Below, piece by piece: positions 7,928 through 16,587 of a stretch of 64,000 nt of DNA. Position numbers and translations under genes: made by a program. Source of the stretch: a virus; the IMG/VR virus record IMGVR_UViG_3300032289_001637, positions 1 through 64,000 of that record; one strand, given 5' to 3'. The notes under the pieces were generated by a model that did no database searches, had not been told where the DNA came from, and worked only from the letters and a program-made list of their open reading frames with translations. Position 1 is the stretch's first letter. Each line of letters starts with the position of its first letter.

Positions 7928-8056
7928 TTAACGATTTTTAGAGTAACCAGTTTTTCTTTTATTCATAGATCCAGGAGTATTGTATCCACCCCTATTAGGA
8001 ACATTTCTGATTCTAATTTCTAAAGCCTTTGCAACTTTATCGTGATGTTTTCCCAC
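7928..8056 (-). CDS. Small basic protein (42 aa, not in ORF track)
   Basis: GTG start overlapping the upstream stop; MGKHHDKVAKALEIRIRNVPNRGGYNTPGSMNKKK... Confidence 0.5.
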   Translation of the reverse strand: MGKHHDKVAKALEIRIRNVPNRGGYNTPGSMNKRKTGYSKNR

Positions 8057-8244
8057 TACTTTTCTTTCTTAGTAGATTCAACAGTTAGCTTAGAATCTTT
8101 TAGATTTTTAATCTCTTCATCTTTTGCCTGTAGTGCTTCGTTTGCCTGTACCTTTAAAATAGCCATTTGAGTTTCATACTGACTAGTAATCTGACCGATA
8201 CGGTTTTGTAATTCTTGAACTACAAGTTCTAATGTGTTTGACAT
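8056..8244 (-). CDS. Small coiled-coil protein
   Basis: 62-aa ORF, TAATG coupled. Confidence 0.65.
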   Translation of the reverse strand: MSNTLELVVQELQNRIGQITSQYETQMAILKVQANEALQAKDEEIKNLKDSKLTVESTKKEK

Positions 8245-8375
8245 TACATTAACCCCTTTCTAAGGATATTTTCTTTTTCTTTTTCTTTAGACTTTTGGTT
8301 TAATACATATTCTTTAATCTCATTAAGAATAAAAAGGTTTGTTACTAATATTGCTAATAAAATAATCTCAGCCAT
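8244..8375 (-). CDS. Small membrane protein (43 aa, not in ORF track)
   Basis: MAEIILLAILVTNLFILNEIKEY...; fills the gap exactly. Confidence 0.5.
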   Translation of the reverse strand: MAEIILLAILVTNLFILNEIKEYVLNQKSKEKEKENILRKGLM

Positions 8376-8634
8376 TTTCTGGGAATACTCTCTTTAAAAA
8401 AGCAAATTTAGGCTTTGCTCCAATAATACGATCTACTTCTTTTCCATCTTTTAGAATTACATATGTAGGAACTGATTGAATATTATATTGTTCAACCATG
8501 TCTTTGTTAGAATCAATATCAACTCTTGTAATAGTTAAATCAGAATATTCTTTTTCTACTTCGTCAAGAATTGGATTCATTAGTTTGCATGGACCACACC
8601 ATGTAGCCCAGAAATCAATCACTTCTGTTTTCAC
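8368..8634 (-). CDS. trxA: Thioredoxin
   Basis: DFWATWCGPC active site, SVPT cis-Pro loop; GTG start at a GTGA overlap. Confidence 0.9.
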   Translation of the reverse strand: MKTEVIDFWATWCGPCKLMNPILDEVEKEYSDLTITRVDIDSNKDMVEQYNIQSVPTYVILKDGKEVDRIIGAKPKFAFLKRVFPENG

Positions 8635-8798
8635 TTTTTTTCCTTTGTATACTTCCAAGATGCCATACTAAAGTTAGGCTTAAGTTCTTTTTCAATACCT
8701 TCTGCAATGTCTCTTGCTTCTTCCTCACTCTTTACGCTGTAAAAGAATGATCGTCTTGAGCCACTGGGTTCTTCAATAATAACTTTTAATTTGTCCAT
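8631..8798 (-). CDS. Small leaderless protein (55 aa, not in ORF track)
   Basis: MDKLKVIIEEPSGSRRSFFYSV...; TTGACA-17-TAAAAT-6 nt-ATG (8805-8833). Confidence 0.65.
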   Translation of the reverse strand: MDKLKVIIEEPSGSRRSFFYSVKSEEEARDIAEGIEKELKPNFSMASWKYTKEKK

Positions 8799-8840
8799 AT
8801 CTAGATTTTACACCATATCCTTTGTTTTGTCAAGTTTAAA

Positions 8841-8869
8841 TGAGCAGTTTTAAATCATACTCAGGATTT
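8841..8869 (-). ncRNA. Putative H-type pseudoknot element, copy 3
   Basis: AAATC-CTGAGTAT-GATTT-AAAAC-TGCTCA on the minus strand. Confidence 0.65.
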
Positions 8870-8885
8870 TCATATTTTTTAGCTA

Positions 8886-9326
8886 TTACCAAACATCGTA
8901 ATATTCAACATCTGGTCTAGATTCAATTTTTTGTAAAGCAATATTAAGAAGTCCTTCATCAAATCCAACCCCTCTTTCCATTACTTTAACGTTTTCAGAA
9001 AGAGTAAACTGTTTTTTAAATTTTCTTGAACTAATTCCTCTATGGAGATATGTAAACCCATCTTCAGGCTTTTCCTTGCTTTCTCCACTAATTGTTAGAA
9101 TATTGCCTTCTCTATATACTTTTATTTCATCTTCTTTAAATCCAGCAATAGCTAGATGAATTTCATAATCCCAATCATATTCATTTTCAAGCTTTTGCTC
9201 TTCAGAATATTTGATTACATTATATGGAGGGTATGAAGATTCATTTATCATACTGTTTGCCCTGTCAAATAGGCTTTCAAATCCAATCATAAATGGATTG
9301 ATTGTTGACATAGTTGTACTTACCAT
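8886..9326 (-). CDS. Small heat-shock protein (Hsp20/IbpA-like)
   Basis: YPPYN, LAIAGF, YLHRGI, GLLNI motifs; ATG 9326 with AAGGAG SD. Confidence 0.9.
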   Translation of the reverse strand: MVSTTMSTINPFMIGFESLFDRANSMINESSYPPYNVIKYSEEQKLENEYDWDYEIHLAIAGFKEDEIKVYREGNILTISGESKEKPEDGFTYLHRGISSRKFKKQFTLSENVKVMERGVGFDEGLLNIALQKIESRPDVEYYDVW

Positions 9327-9381
9327 TTTTTTGCTCCTTTTAAGCGAGTTAATTACAGTCCCGTTCGGCAACTGCTAGAAT

Positions 9382-9410
9382 ATTATAGCAAAATATAAAA
9401 ATATTGTCAA
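9382..9410 (-). promoter_or_regulatory. Consensus sigma70 promoter for hsp20
   Basis: TTGACA-17-TATAAT with TG extension. Confidence 0.8.
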
Positions 9411-9418
9411 GTAGAAAA

Positions 9419-9449
9419 TGAGCAGTTTATGGGGTCATGCTCAGGACAC
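9419..9449 (-). ncRNA. Putative H-type pseudoknot element, copy 4
   Basis: GTC-CTGAGCAT-GAC-CCCATAAAC-TGCTCA. Confidence 0.6.
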
Positions 9450-9469
9450 TACTTAGCTAAACTAGTAAA

Positions 9470-10009
9470 TTAATACCAGCCCTTTTTCTTGAATGCACTC
9501 CATGCTCCACAAGGGGTCTCATATCGTTTGTCAATATATTTTAGACCCCATTTGATTTGTGTTTCTGGATTTGTTTTCCAATCTGCCCCTGCACTTGCCA
9601 TCTTACTTCCAGGCAGTGCTTGTGGAATACCATAGGCACTTGAGGTTGGGTTGTCAGCAGTATGCCTCCACCCACTCTCACGATTCCATAAATTCACAAG
9701 GCAAGAGTGCTGGTCTTCGCCCCAAGAGTACTTAGACTCCATGTAGGACTTTGCAAAAGCTTGATTAGTTTTTGCAGCAATAGAGCTTGGTCTATTGGAT
9801 CTAGAAGCTTTTTCATTACTTCTAGTTTTTTCTTTTTTCTTTTCTTTTTCAGATGTTGCAAGTTTAGCAATTTCGATACTTCTATCTTCACTGACTCTAC
9901 TTACTACATTTTGCGGTGCATTAGCACTGGTCTGACTGTGGCTTGTTGGTAGGGATGCAATTGCAAGAACCGCAACAAGGGCAATCGGAACCAAGGTTCT
10001 GATACGCAT
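9470..10009 (-). CDS. Secreted lytic transglycosylase (SLT-like, actinobacterial type)
   Basis: Signal peptide; LWNRESGW catalytic Glu; AYGIPQALPG and NPETQIKWGLKYI motifs. Confidence 0.85.
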   Translation of the reverse strand: MRIRTLVPIALVAVLAIASLPTSHSQTSANAPQNVVSRVSEDRSIEIAKLATSEKEKKKEKTRSNEKASRSNRPSSIAAKTNQAFAKSYMESKYSWGEDQHSCLVNLWNRESGWRHTADNPTSSAYGIPQALPGSKMASAGADWKTNPETQIKWGLKYIDKRYETPCGAWSAFKKKGWY

Positions 10010-10085
10010 CCTTCTAGGATAGCATGAAATAGTGACATAATCAAGTTTTTATTATAACAAAATGATAAATAGTTTTATTAAATAC

Positions 10086-10107
10086 AAAAGCCCCTATTTC
10101 TAGGGGC
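10086..10107 (-). terminator. Intrinsic terminator after the M23 peptidase
   Basis: GCCCCTA/TAGGGGC stem plus TTTT. Confidence 0.7.
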
Positions 10108-10125
10108 AATTGTTAATTTGATAGA

Positions 10126-10515
10126 TTAAGATGCAAGAATCTTAGCAGGATCAATGTCCTTGCCATCACTCCATCTAATGTTATCTCTCATTTCAAAGTG
10201 AAGATGAGGACCAGAAGAGTTGCCTGTATTACCAGACTCTGCAATATGCTGACCCTTCTTTACTACGTCTCCAGCCTTAACTAGAGCCTTTGAAAGGTGT
10301 GCATAGATTACCCAGCCACCTTCAACTTTTTGGACTAGCTGTGTGCCATAGCTGGCTCCCCAGTTAGCATTTTCAATCTTGCCATCAGCAACAGCAACAA
10401 TGTTTGTGCCTTCTTTACAAGCATAATCTACACCTGTATGGTAGCCTTTTGACCACATTTTTCCAAGCTTCTTGTAAGGTGTTGTAACCTTACCTCCAAC
10501 AATTGGTGAACCCAT
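10126..10515 (-). CDS. M23 family peptidase (candidate endolysin)
   Basis: HTGVD, YAHL, GPHLHFE zinc motifs. Confidence 0.9.
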   Translation of the reverse strand: MGSPIVGGKVTTPYKKLGKMWSKGYHTGVDYACKEGTNIVAVADGKIENANWGASYGTQLVQKVEGGWVIYAHLSKALVKAGDVVKKGQHIAESGNTGNSSGPHLHFEMRDNIRWSDGKDIDPAKILAS

Positions 10516-10591
10516 TTAAATCATTTCCTTTTTTTCTATAGAATAAGGGAGTCCTTTGTGGGGACTCCCCTACTATATTATATCCTACTTT

Positions 10592-10906
10592 CTATTCTGC
10601 TTTTTTGTCTACTGAACTAAATGCTGAGTTGATTTCACTTGCACTTAGTTTACCATCATCTAGGAATGCTCTTGCAAGCTTTTCAACAACGGTAGCAACA
10701 CCAAGCGTACCTGCCATAATAACAGCAGTAATGGTATCAATTCCAACTAGGGAACCTGCACCAATAATTGATAGACCAGATGCTGCAAATACTGCAACAA
10801 TTCTGAAGAATATATTCCATAAGTTTGTTACTGCTTTGGAACCAATTATTTCTTCTCCAGTTTCTTTATCAACTATTGTTATGTCTACGTTACTTTTGTT
10901 TGCCAT
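10592..10906 (-). CDS. Membrane protein, holin candidate
   Basis: Two hydrophobic segments; adjacent to the M23 gene. Confidence 0.55.
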   Translation of the reverse strand: MANKSNVDITIVDKETGEEIIGSKAVTNLWNIFFRIVAVFAASGLSIIGAGSLVGIDTITAVIMAGTLGVATVVEKLARAFLDDGKLSASEINSAFSSVDKKAE

Positions 10907-11090
10907 CTTCTTCCTCCTTTTCTTCTCTAAAATTCATTGAGAATAGCCATACAGCTAGTGACCACAATATTGCAAAAGCTACTACTGTTTTAGCACTTCC
11001 CTCTAAAACTACCCAAGCTACAAACATACCAAGAAGGGTAAATGTTTGATTTAGTGTTTCACGAATTTTATCTACTATCCATTTTTTCAT
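10890..11090 (-). CDS. Small 2-TM membrane protein
   Basis: Two TM helices, charged C-terminus. Confidence 0.6.
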   Translation of the reverse strand: MKKWIVDKIRETLNQTFTLLGMFVAWVVLEGSAKTVVAFAILWSLAVWLFSMNFREEKEEEDGKQK

Positions 11091-12637
11091 TATCTCATCC
11101 TCCCTGTTATACTACTTGTTGAAAGTATTTGTGCAGCAATAACTGATGCAACAATTACTTTCTGTGATTCCTCACGTTTTTCTGGTGTCATATCTGCACC
11201 AATATTAGCTACAGCAGTAAGAGCCTTTCCAGGATCTGTAAGTACTGCACCTAAAATTTCTGATGGATTTTCAAATATTTCAAGAGCGTCTGCAACTTCA
11301 GCAAACAAGACTACTCCATTATCAAGCATAACTGGCTGATCATCTGGCAAGTCTTCATAATCAAGACCAAGTTCATCAATTAACTCAATAGATATTGCAT
11401 TACCATCTGCTTGTTCTAAGATAACATCTACAAGCAATTCTTTTTCATCTTCCGTCAAAACTCCATCTTCAGTTAAAGATTCTGAAAGACCAGATACTTC
11501 ATCTTCAGAGATAAATCCATCATTCAAGAAATTATCAATTAACTGTTCTGTCTCAGCATCTGAGATACTGCCACTTTCAGTAAAGTCTTCAACAAATGTA
11601 TTTATTTGTTCACCTGTTGTTTCTGTGATATTATTATCAGATGGAAGATCAATGGATGGAAGATCTGGATCAGGAGATGGACTCTCTTCTGGAATTGGAG
11701 TTAATGATTCTGGAGATGAAATCTCTGGCTCAGGACTTGGGTCTTGAGTTGGCTCAGGTTCTACTGGGGGCAACGGAGATTCTGAGGGAATTAAAGAAGG
11801 GGTTGGACTAGGTGAAGAAGTTTCTGAAGGTTGCACAACAGGTTCTGACGGTTCTGGGCTTGGCTCTGATGGCTGGGGTGACGGCTCTACTGTTGGCTCT
11901 GGTGATTGTGATTGCTGTGGCTCAGGGCTGGCAGTAGGACTTGGCTCAAGTGTTGGCTCAGGTGTTGGCTCAAGTGTTGGCTCAGGTGTTGGCTCAGGTG
12001 TTGGGCTTGGAGTTTCACTAGGAACTACTGGAGGATCTGTAAAGTTTGATGGTGTTGGCTCTGGCTCAACTTCAATTGGAACGCCACCATTAACATCAAA
12101 AGCTGCTTCCATAGGGACAACGGGCTGACCTCTTTCAAACCTTATGGCTCTTCTTGCATCTGCTGGAAGGTCTGTCATTGTAACAATTTCACCATGCCAC
12201 CCACCATTTGAAAACTTAGTTACAACCAATCTCATTTGAGTTAAAGGTCCAGTTGATTGTGGGAATGGTCGAACAGACCACTCTATGCAGAATGAGCTAT
12301 CATTGTATCCGTAAGATGTATAAGCACCTTCTCCAAAAGAAACCCAGTCTTTTCCAGCTATTGATATAGATGGTGTTTGTGGATAGTCCCAATAAGTTCC
12401 ATCTGACTGTCCAAATGTTACAGTTGCGTTGGTGCTATAAAAAATTTGATTGTATTCCGTGCTTCCTAAAGTTAAACTAAAAGGTAAAAGCATTGGAAAT
12501 GATCCATCATCATCTCCAGTAATAGTGGACATGTTACAGACTAATGGAGTGTCTGCTTGGGTAACTGGGGATGCTAAAAACATAGTGCCAATTAGTAATA
12601 TTGGAATTAATAGTAGGTAGGAAAAGATTTTTTTCAA
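11090..12637 (-). CDS. Secreted/surface protein with Pro/Glu/Ser/Thr-rich linker
   Basis: Signal peptide, beta-rich N-domain, PEPT repeats, acidic region, hydrophobic C-terminus. Confidence 0.75.
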   Translation of the reverse strand: MKKIFSYLLLIPILLIGTMFLASPVTQADTPLVCNMSTITGDDDGSFPMLLPFSLTLGSTEYNQIFYSTNATVTFGQSDGTYWDYPQTPSISIAGKDWVSFGEGAYTSYGYNDSSFCIEWSVRPFPQSTGPLTQMRLVVTKFSNGGWHGEIVTMTDLPADARRAIRFERGQPVVPMEAAFDVNGGVPIEVEPEPTPSNFTDPPVVPSETPSPTPEPTPEPTLEPTPEPTLEPSPTASPEPQQSQSPEPTVEPSPQPSEPSPEPSEPVVQPSETSSPSPTPSLIPSESPLPPVEPEPTQDPSPEPEISSPESLTPIPEESPSPDPDLPSIDLPSDNNITETTGEQINTFVEDFTESGSISDAETEQLIDNFLNDGFISEDEVSGLSESLTEDGVLTEDEKELLVDVILEQADGNAISIELIDELGLDYEDLPDDQPVMLDNGVVLFAEVADALEIFENPSEILGAVLTDPGKALTAVANIGADMTPEKREESQKVIVASVIAAQILSTSSITGRMR

Positions 12638-12708
12638 TTTATTGCATAGACTCCTCGTTAGACGTATCTAACAAATCTATTATATCATTGTTAATAAACT
12701 AATTAATA

Positions 12709-12737
12709 TAGACAGTTTTACGACTTGTCTAGGTCGT
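12709..12737 (-). ncRNA. Putative H-type pseudoknot element, copy 5 (covaried in both stems)
   Basis: ACGAC-CTAGACAA-GTCGT-AAAAC-TGTCTA. Confidence 0.65.
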
Positions 12738-12755
12738 TTCCCATCCTAAGGAAAT

Positions 12756-13520
12756 TTATAAATCTCTAGGAGGAATATTTCTATTTTCAACGGCAAGTAG
12801 CTGACCTCTATGCTCTGCTTTTATATCTTTTCTTACCCAAGTCCCACCATAAGTATCTTCAAATACTTCAACACCAACTCTTCTTTTTAATCTTTCAGCC
12901 ATTGATTGGAATGTTGGATCATCACTTAAATGAAGATATGCATTGTGATACCAGGGTAGGTCATAGAATGCAGGAGAATTAACTAAAAGCATAGCTGCAG
13001 TATTCCAATGCTCTTCAATTCTTGGATTATCACAAACAGCTTTTCCTCTTAGTCCATATGCTGGAACATCTGCACTAACAATTGGATGGTCTACTTCAAA
13101 TAACTTTTCAATAAGTTCTGCAGTTAAAACTGTATCTGAATCAACATACAATATTGCATCATAATAAATATAAAAAATTTCTATTGGTCTTTGTGCAAAC
13201 TCTCTAATTAAATTTCTACCAGTTTCAATCCTTATCAATCTATTTTCAGCAGTTACTTGACTTTTCATATCATTTATTGAGTATGTCCAGAAATCTCCAT
13301 TGACTTCCTTTAAACTATTTAAAACTCTTTCAAAAGGTTCTAGACCTCTGCTATCAAGTTCTAATGCAGTAAAGAATTTTGCATTCGGGAATTTTTCAAT
13401 TATTTGTTTTGAGTTTTCAAGCCATGACATTTCCTCACCCATGTCTGCTTTCCATCCTACAAGCGGTGTACCAATAACAAAGTGTTTGTTGTAATCTATC
13501 TCTTTAAACATTGTGAACAC
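12756..13520 (-). CDS. Putative GT-A fold glycosyltransferase
   Basis: GRNL..., ILYVDSD (DxD), SDD motifs. Confidence 0.6.
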   Translation of the reverse strand: MFTMFKEIDYNKHFVIGTPLVGWKADMGEEMSWLENSKQIIEKFPNAKFFTALELDSRGLEPFERVLNSLKEVNGDFWTYSINDMKSQVTAENRLIRIETGRNLIREFAQRPIEIFYIYYDAILYVDSDTVLTAELIEKLFEVDHPIVSADVPAYGLRGKAVCDNPRIEEHWNTAAMLLVNSPAFYDLPWYHNAYLHLSDDPTFQSMAERLKRRVGVEVFEDTYGGTWVRKDIKAEHRGQLLAVENRNIPPRDL

Positions 13521-13965
13521 TCCTTATGTATTCAATTATATCAGAGCAGTAGCCATGATAGTCTAAATATTTTATTTCTTCTATAGTTCTAAATAGTTCT
13601 GGAAGAACTGCAATTGTATTTGAATTTGCTTTTGCAACTCCTGGAAATGCCCAAACAAATCTTTTACTTGTTAAAGTATAATCATCTTGATTGTGAAAAA
13701 AACAATTCAAATCTTCATCAAGAGCATACTTCAAAGACTCTTTATCCTTGCAATGGACCCACAAGCTTTCCCTACATTCATCAATAAAGTTATCATCTAT
13801 TAAATACTGTGGCTTATCGTGACCTAAAAATATTTGTCCATCTTTGTGACGAATATCAATCTCTACATCAAAACCTTTATCTATGGCTTGATAAATATAA
13901 ACTGGACTATTTTCTAGTTCTAGTTTTTTTCCAGTTAAATTTCCACGATGAGATATGTATATCAT
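13504..13965 (-). CDS. GDPD/PI-PLC-like phosphodiesterase
   Basis: SHRGN, EN, DVEIDI, LGHD, WVHCK. Confidence 0.7.
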   Translation of the reverse strand: MIYISHRGNLTGKKLELENSPVYIYQAIDKGFDVEIDIRHKDGQIFLGHDKPQYLIDDNFIDECRESLWVHCKDKESLKYALDEDLNCFFHNQDDYTLTSKRFVWAFPGVAKANSNTIAVLPELFRTIEEIKYLDYHGYCSDIIEYIRSVHNV

Positions 13966-14564
13966 TCTGCTACCTTATTAAAATGAACATCTGCTTCTTT
14001 GCCTACATTGTCTGGAACTATTTTACACTCAAATCCTTTGTCTGTCAACCATTCACATATATCATTTACATTATTTTCAGTATTAACATATAGATCAACA
14101 GTATAAGCACCTTCACACTTTCCTTCTTTTACAATTGAAATTTTTTCTCCAAGGCTTTTTAAAACTCTAAAATCATTTCCCTGAGCATCAATCCATAAGT
14201 AATCAATTGATTCAATATTATTTTCATTAATAAATGAATCAAGCCTTACTGTTTCTACAGTAACCTTATGAGTAGTATTAAAGTCTGGTCTCCCTTTCCA
14301 TTTTTCATGTATGTCTGGAGCAAATTCATAAAGTGAAGAGCATCCCCAGTCTCCACCACCTGCTATATTGAATATTTTTTCTCCTTCTTCAACATCAACA
14401 GCTTTATCTATAAGATTAAAATTAGTATCATTCTTAAATCTATCTTTTAAATGTTCAACTAATTCTGGAGTTGGTTCAAAAGCCCATACATTATTATTTT
14501 TATCTTGAACAAATCTTTCTGTGTCATGACCATAGTTAGCTCCAACTTCAACAATAGTTTTCAT
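13962..14564 (-). CDS. FkbM family SAM methyltransferase
   Basis: EVGANYG, AFEP, IDYLWIDAQGND. Confidence 0.85.
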   Translation of the reverse strand: MKTIVEVGANYGHDTERFVQDKNNNVWAFEPTPELVEHLKDRFKNDTNFNLIDKAVDVEEGEKIFNIAGGGDWGCSSLYEFAPDIHEKWKGRPDFNTTHKVTVETVRLDSFINENNIESIDYLWIDAQGNDFRVLKSLGEKISIVKEGKCEGAYTVDLYVNTENNVNDICEWLTDKGFECKIVPDNVGKEADVHFNKVAE

Positions 14565-15943
14565 TATTTCTCCTTGTGATTTTCTAAAAAATAATTTAAA
14601 TCTTCTGGTGTTCCAATACCCCACATTTTGTCAATCATTTTTAGCCTAATCTTCTTACCATCTTTGATTGCTTCATTGAATACTGGACACACATAAAATT
14701 CATTATTTGTTCTAACATTATTTTCTATCATTTGATTTGCATACTTAACATAGTCTGAACCATGTTTCCAAAAATAAATTCCTACCGTTGCATTATCAGA
14801 GATTGGATTCTTTTCTGCAACTTCAGATACAAAACCATCTTCACCAATCTTAGCAAATGACCACTTAGGATGTGTTGCTTTGAAAGATAAAATTCCACCA
14901 TCTGAATTACTTGCAGTAAATTCGTAAAGTGCTTCATTAGAATCCCACTCAACATACTGATCTGAGTTAGCCATTAGAAGTGGCTTTTCGCTATCAATTA
15001 AATGCTCTGCAAGTAGTGTTGTACATGCTGCACCTTCAGTCATTCCATCAACAACAACTATGTCACAATCTGGTGCAATTAAATTTAGTAACTGTTTTAG
15101 GTTGTATTTTTCATAATGTTCTTTTTGTACTAAGAAAATATAGTGAGCATCAATATTAAGATTTTCTACAACTACCTGAATCATAGGCTTACCATTGACT
15201 TCAATTAGTGGCTTTGGAAATGTGTAGCCAGCTTGAGCAAACCTTGAACCTGCACCAGCCATTGGAATAAGAACATTCATCTCTTTATTTTTCCAAGGCA
15301 CTTGTCCAGTTCTCTCTTTCTGTTCAAATTTTTTAATAAAATCTATAAACATTGTATAACTTAGATCATAAGAGTCTTTAATTGGGTATAGGTTTGCTCC
15401 AGAATTTATAGCACCTTGCCTTCCAACATGTGAGTCTTCAACAATAACCGTATCTTTTGGAAATGCTCCAAGGCTTACCATGCATTTCCAGTACATTTCT
15501 GGATGTGGTTTTGGATGCCAGACATCTTCATTGCTAACTATAAAGTCAACCAGATGTAGGACATCTATTGAATGCAAAGATTTAATTATTGTTTCTCTAA
15601 TACTATTTGATGCTATAGCAATCTTCCAACCGTTTTGCTTTAAGTAAGTCATAATATTATTAGCGACAAGGTTTCTTGGCAAATCTTCTAATAGTCTAAA
15701 AGTAGCTTCTTGCTTATTTGCCCAAACCTCATCATGCTTATCTATTGGAAGACCTTTTTCTTGGGTAAGCATGTTAAGCTTTTTTCTTGTATTAAGACCA
15801 TCATATCTTGACAAGTGTTCTGAATAGGATATCTTAAAATCCTCTCCAACAATACCTAGAGCATTATTTAAAGCCTTATAGTGTAAATCTTTAGAGTCTA
15901 TTAGAACACCATCTAAATCAAATATAACTAATTTATTACTCAT
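14564..15943 (-). CDS. HAD phosphatase - nucleotidyltransferase (BcbE-like) fusion
   Basis: FDLDGVL, KPHP, EDS motifs, then IPMAGAGSRF, PKPLI, EKNPIS, NEFY. Confidence 0.85.
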   Translation of the reverse strand: MSNKLVIFDLDGVLIDSKDLHYKALNNALGIVGEDFKISYSEHLSRYDGLNTRKKLNMLTQEKGLPIDKHDEVWANKQEATFRLLEDLPRNLVANNIMTYLKQNGWKIAIASNSIRETIIKSLHSIDVLHLVDFIVSNEDVWHPKPHPEMYWKCMVSLGAFPKDTVIVEDSHVGRQGAINSGANLYPIKDSYDLSYTMFIDFIKKFEQKERTGQVPWKNKEMNVLIPMAGAGSRFAQAGYTFPKPLIEVNGKPMIQVVVENLNIDAHYIFLVQKEHYEKYNLKQLLNLIAPDCDIVVVDGMTEGAACTTLLAEHLIDSEKPLLMANSDQYVEWDSNEALYEFTASNSDGGILSFKATHPKWSFAKIGEDGFVSEVAEKNPISDNATVGIYFWKHGSDYVKYANQMIENNVRTNNEFYVCPVFNEAIKDGKKIRLKMIDKMWGIGTPEDLNYFLENHKEK

Positions 15944-16587
15944 CCTTGTGGACCTGCATGTCTATGCCATTTGTTATGTCTAACAATACTTTTTCCATTA
16001 CATTTCATAACATATTTATTTCTTACTCTGTAAGACCACTCAACATCTTCTTCTTCATTCCATACAAGACTTTCATCAAGTGGTTCTTCAATCATTACAT
16101 GACGCTTAACCATAAAGAATCCACCAGAAATATACATATATTGAGTTTGAGACCAATCGTTATAGTCTAAAGACCATGCTCTTCCATAACCAGGCTTATC
16201 CCAAAGAGACCAGTCCATTGGATTTCTTGCACCTGTAATTAAATATTGTGGGCAAGAGCAGATTTCCCAATCAGTTCCAAATTCAACAAAGTTTTTATAC
16301 CAATCTTTATCAAAGATATGGTAGTCATGCATTAAAACTATATTTTCATACTTAGCTTCTTTTACAAGAATATTCTTTTTTCTAGTAATCCATCTTTCTT
16401 TTACTGACTCATCAAAATTAATTTTTCTAATATCAACACCATCAATACTAGAACTATCTCCACCACCAACAAATAAAATTTCATACTCTGGGATATTAAG
16501 ATTACGAATGCTTTCTATGATCTCTTGAAGTCTCTGTTTATCTTCATAAACTGTTATAATTCCAAATGTCCATTGGATATCATTCAT
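15940..16587 (-). CDS. Glycosyltransferase family 2-like
   Basis: IVLMHDY, ISGGF, EEDVEW motifs. Confidence 0.7.
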   Translation of the reverse strand: MNDIQWTFGIITVYEDKQRLQEIIESIRNLNIPEYEILFVGGGDSSSIDGVDIRKINFDESVKERWITRKKNILVKEAKYENIVLMHDYHIFDKDWYKNFVEFGTDWEICSCPQYLITGARNPMDWSLWDKPGYGRAWSLDYNDWSQTQYMYISGGFFMVKRHVMIEEPLDESLVWNEEEDVEWSYRVRNKYVMKCNGKSIVRHNKWHRHAGPQG

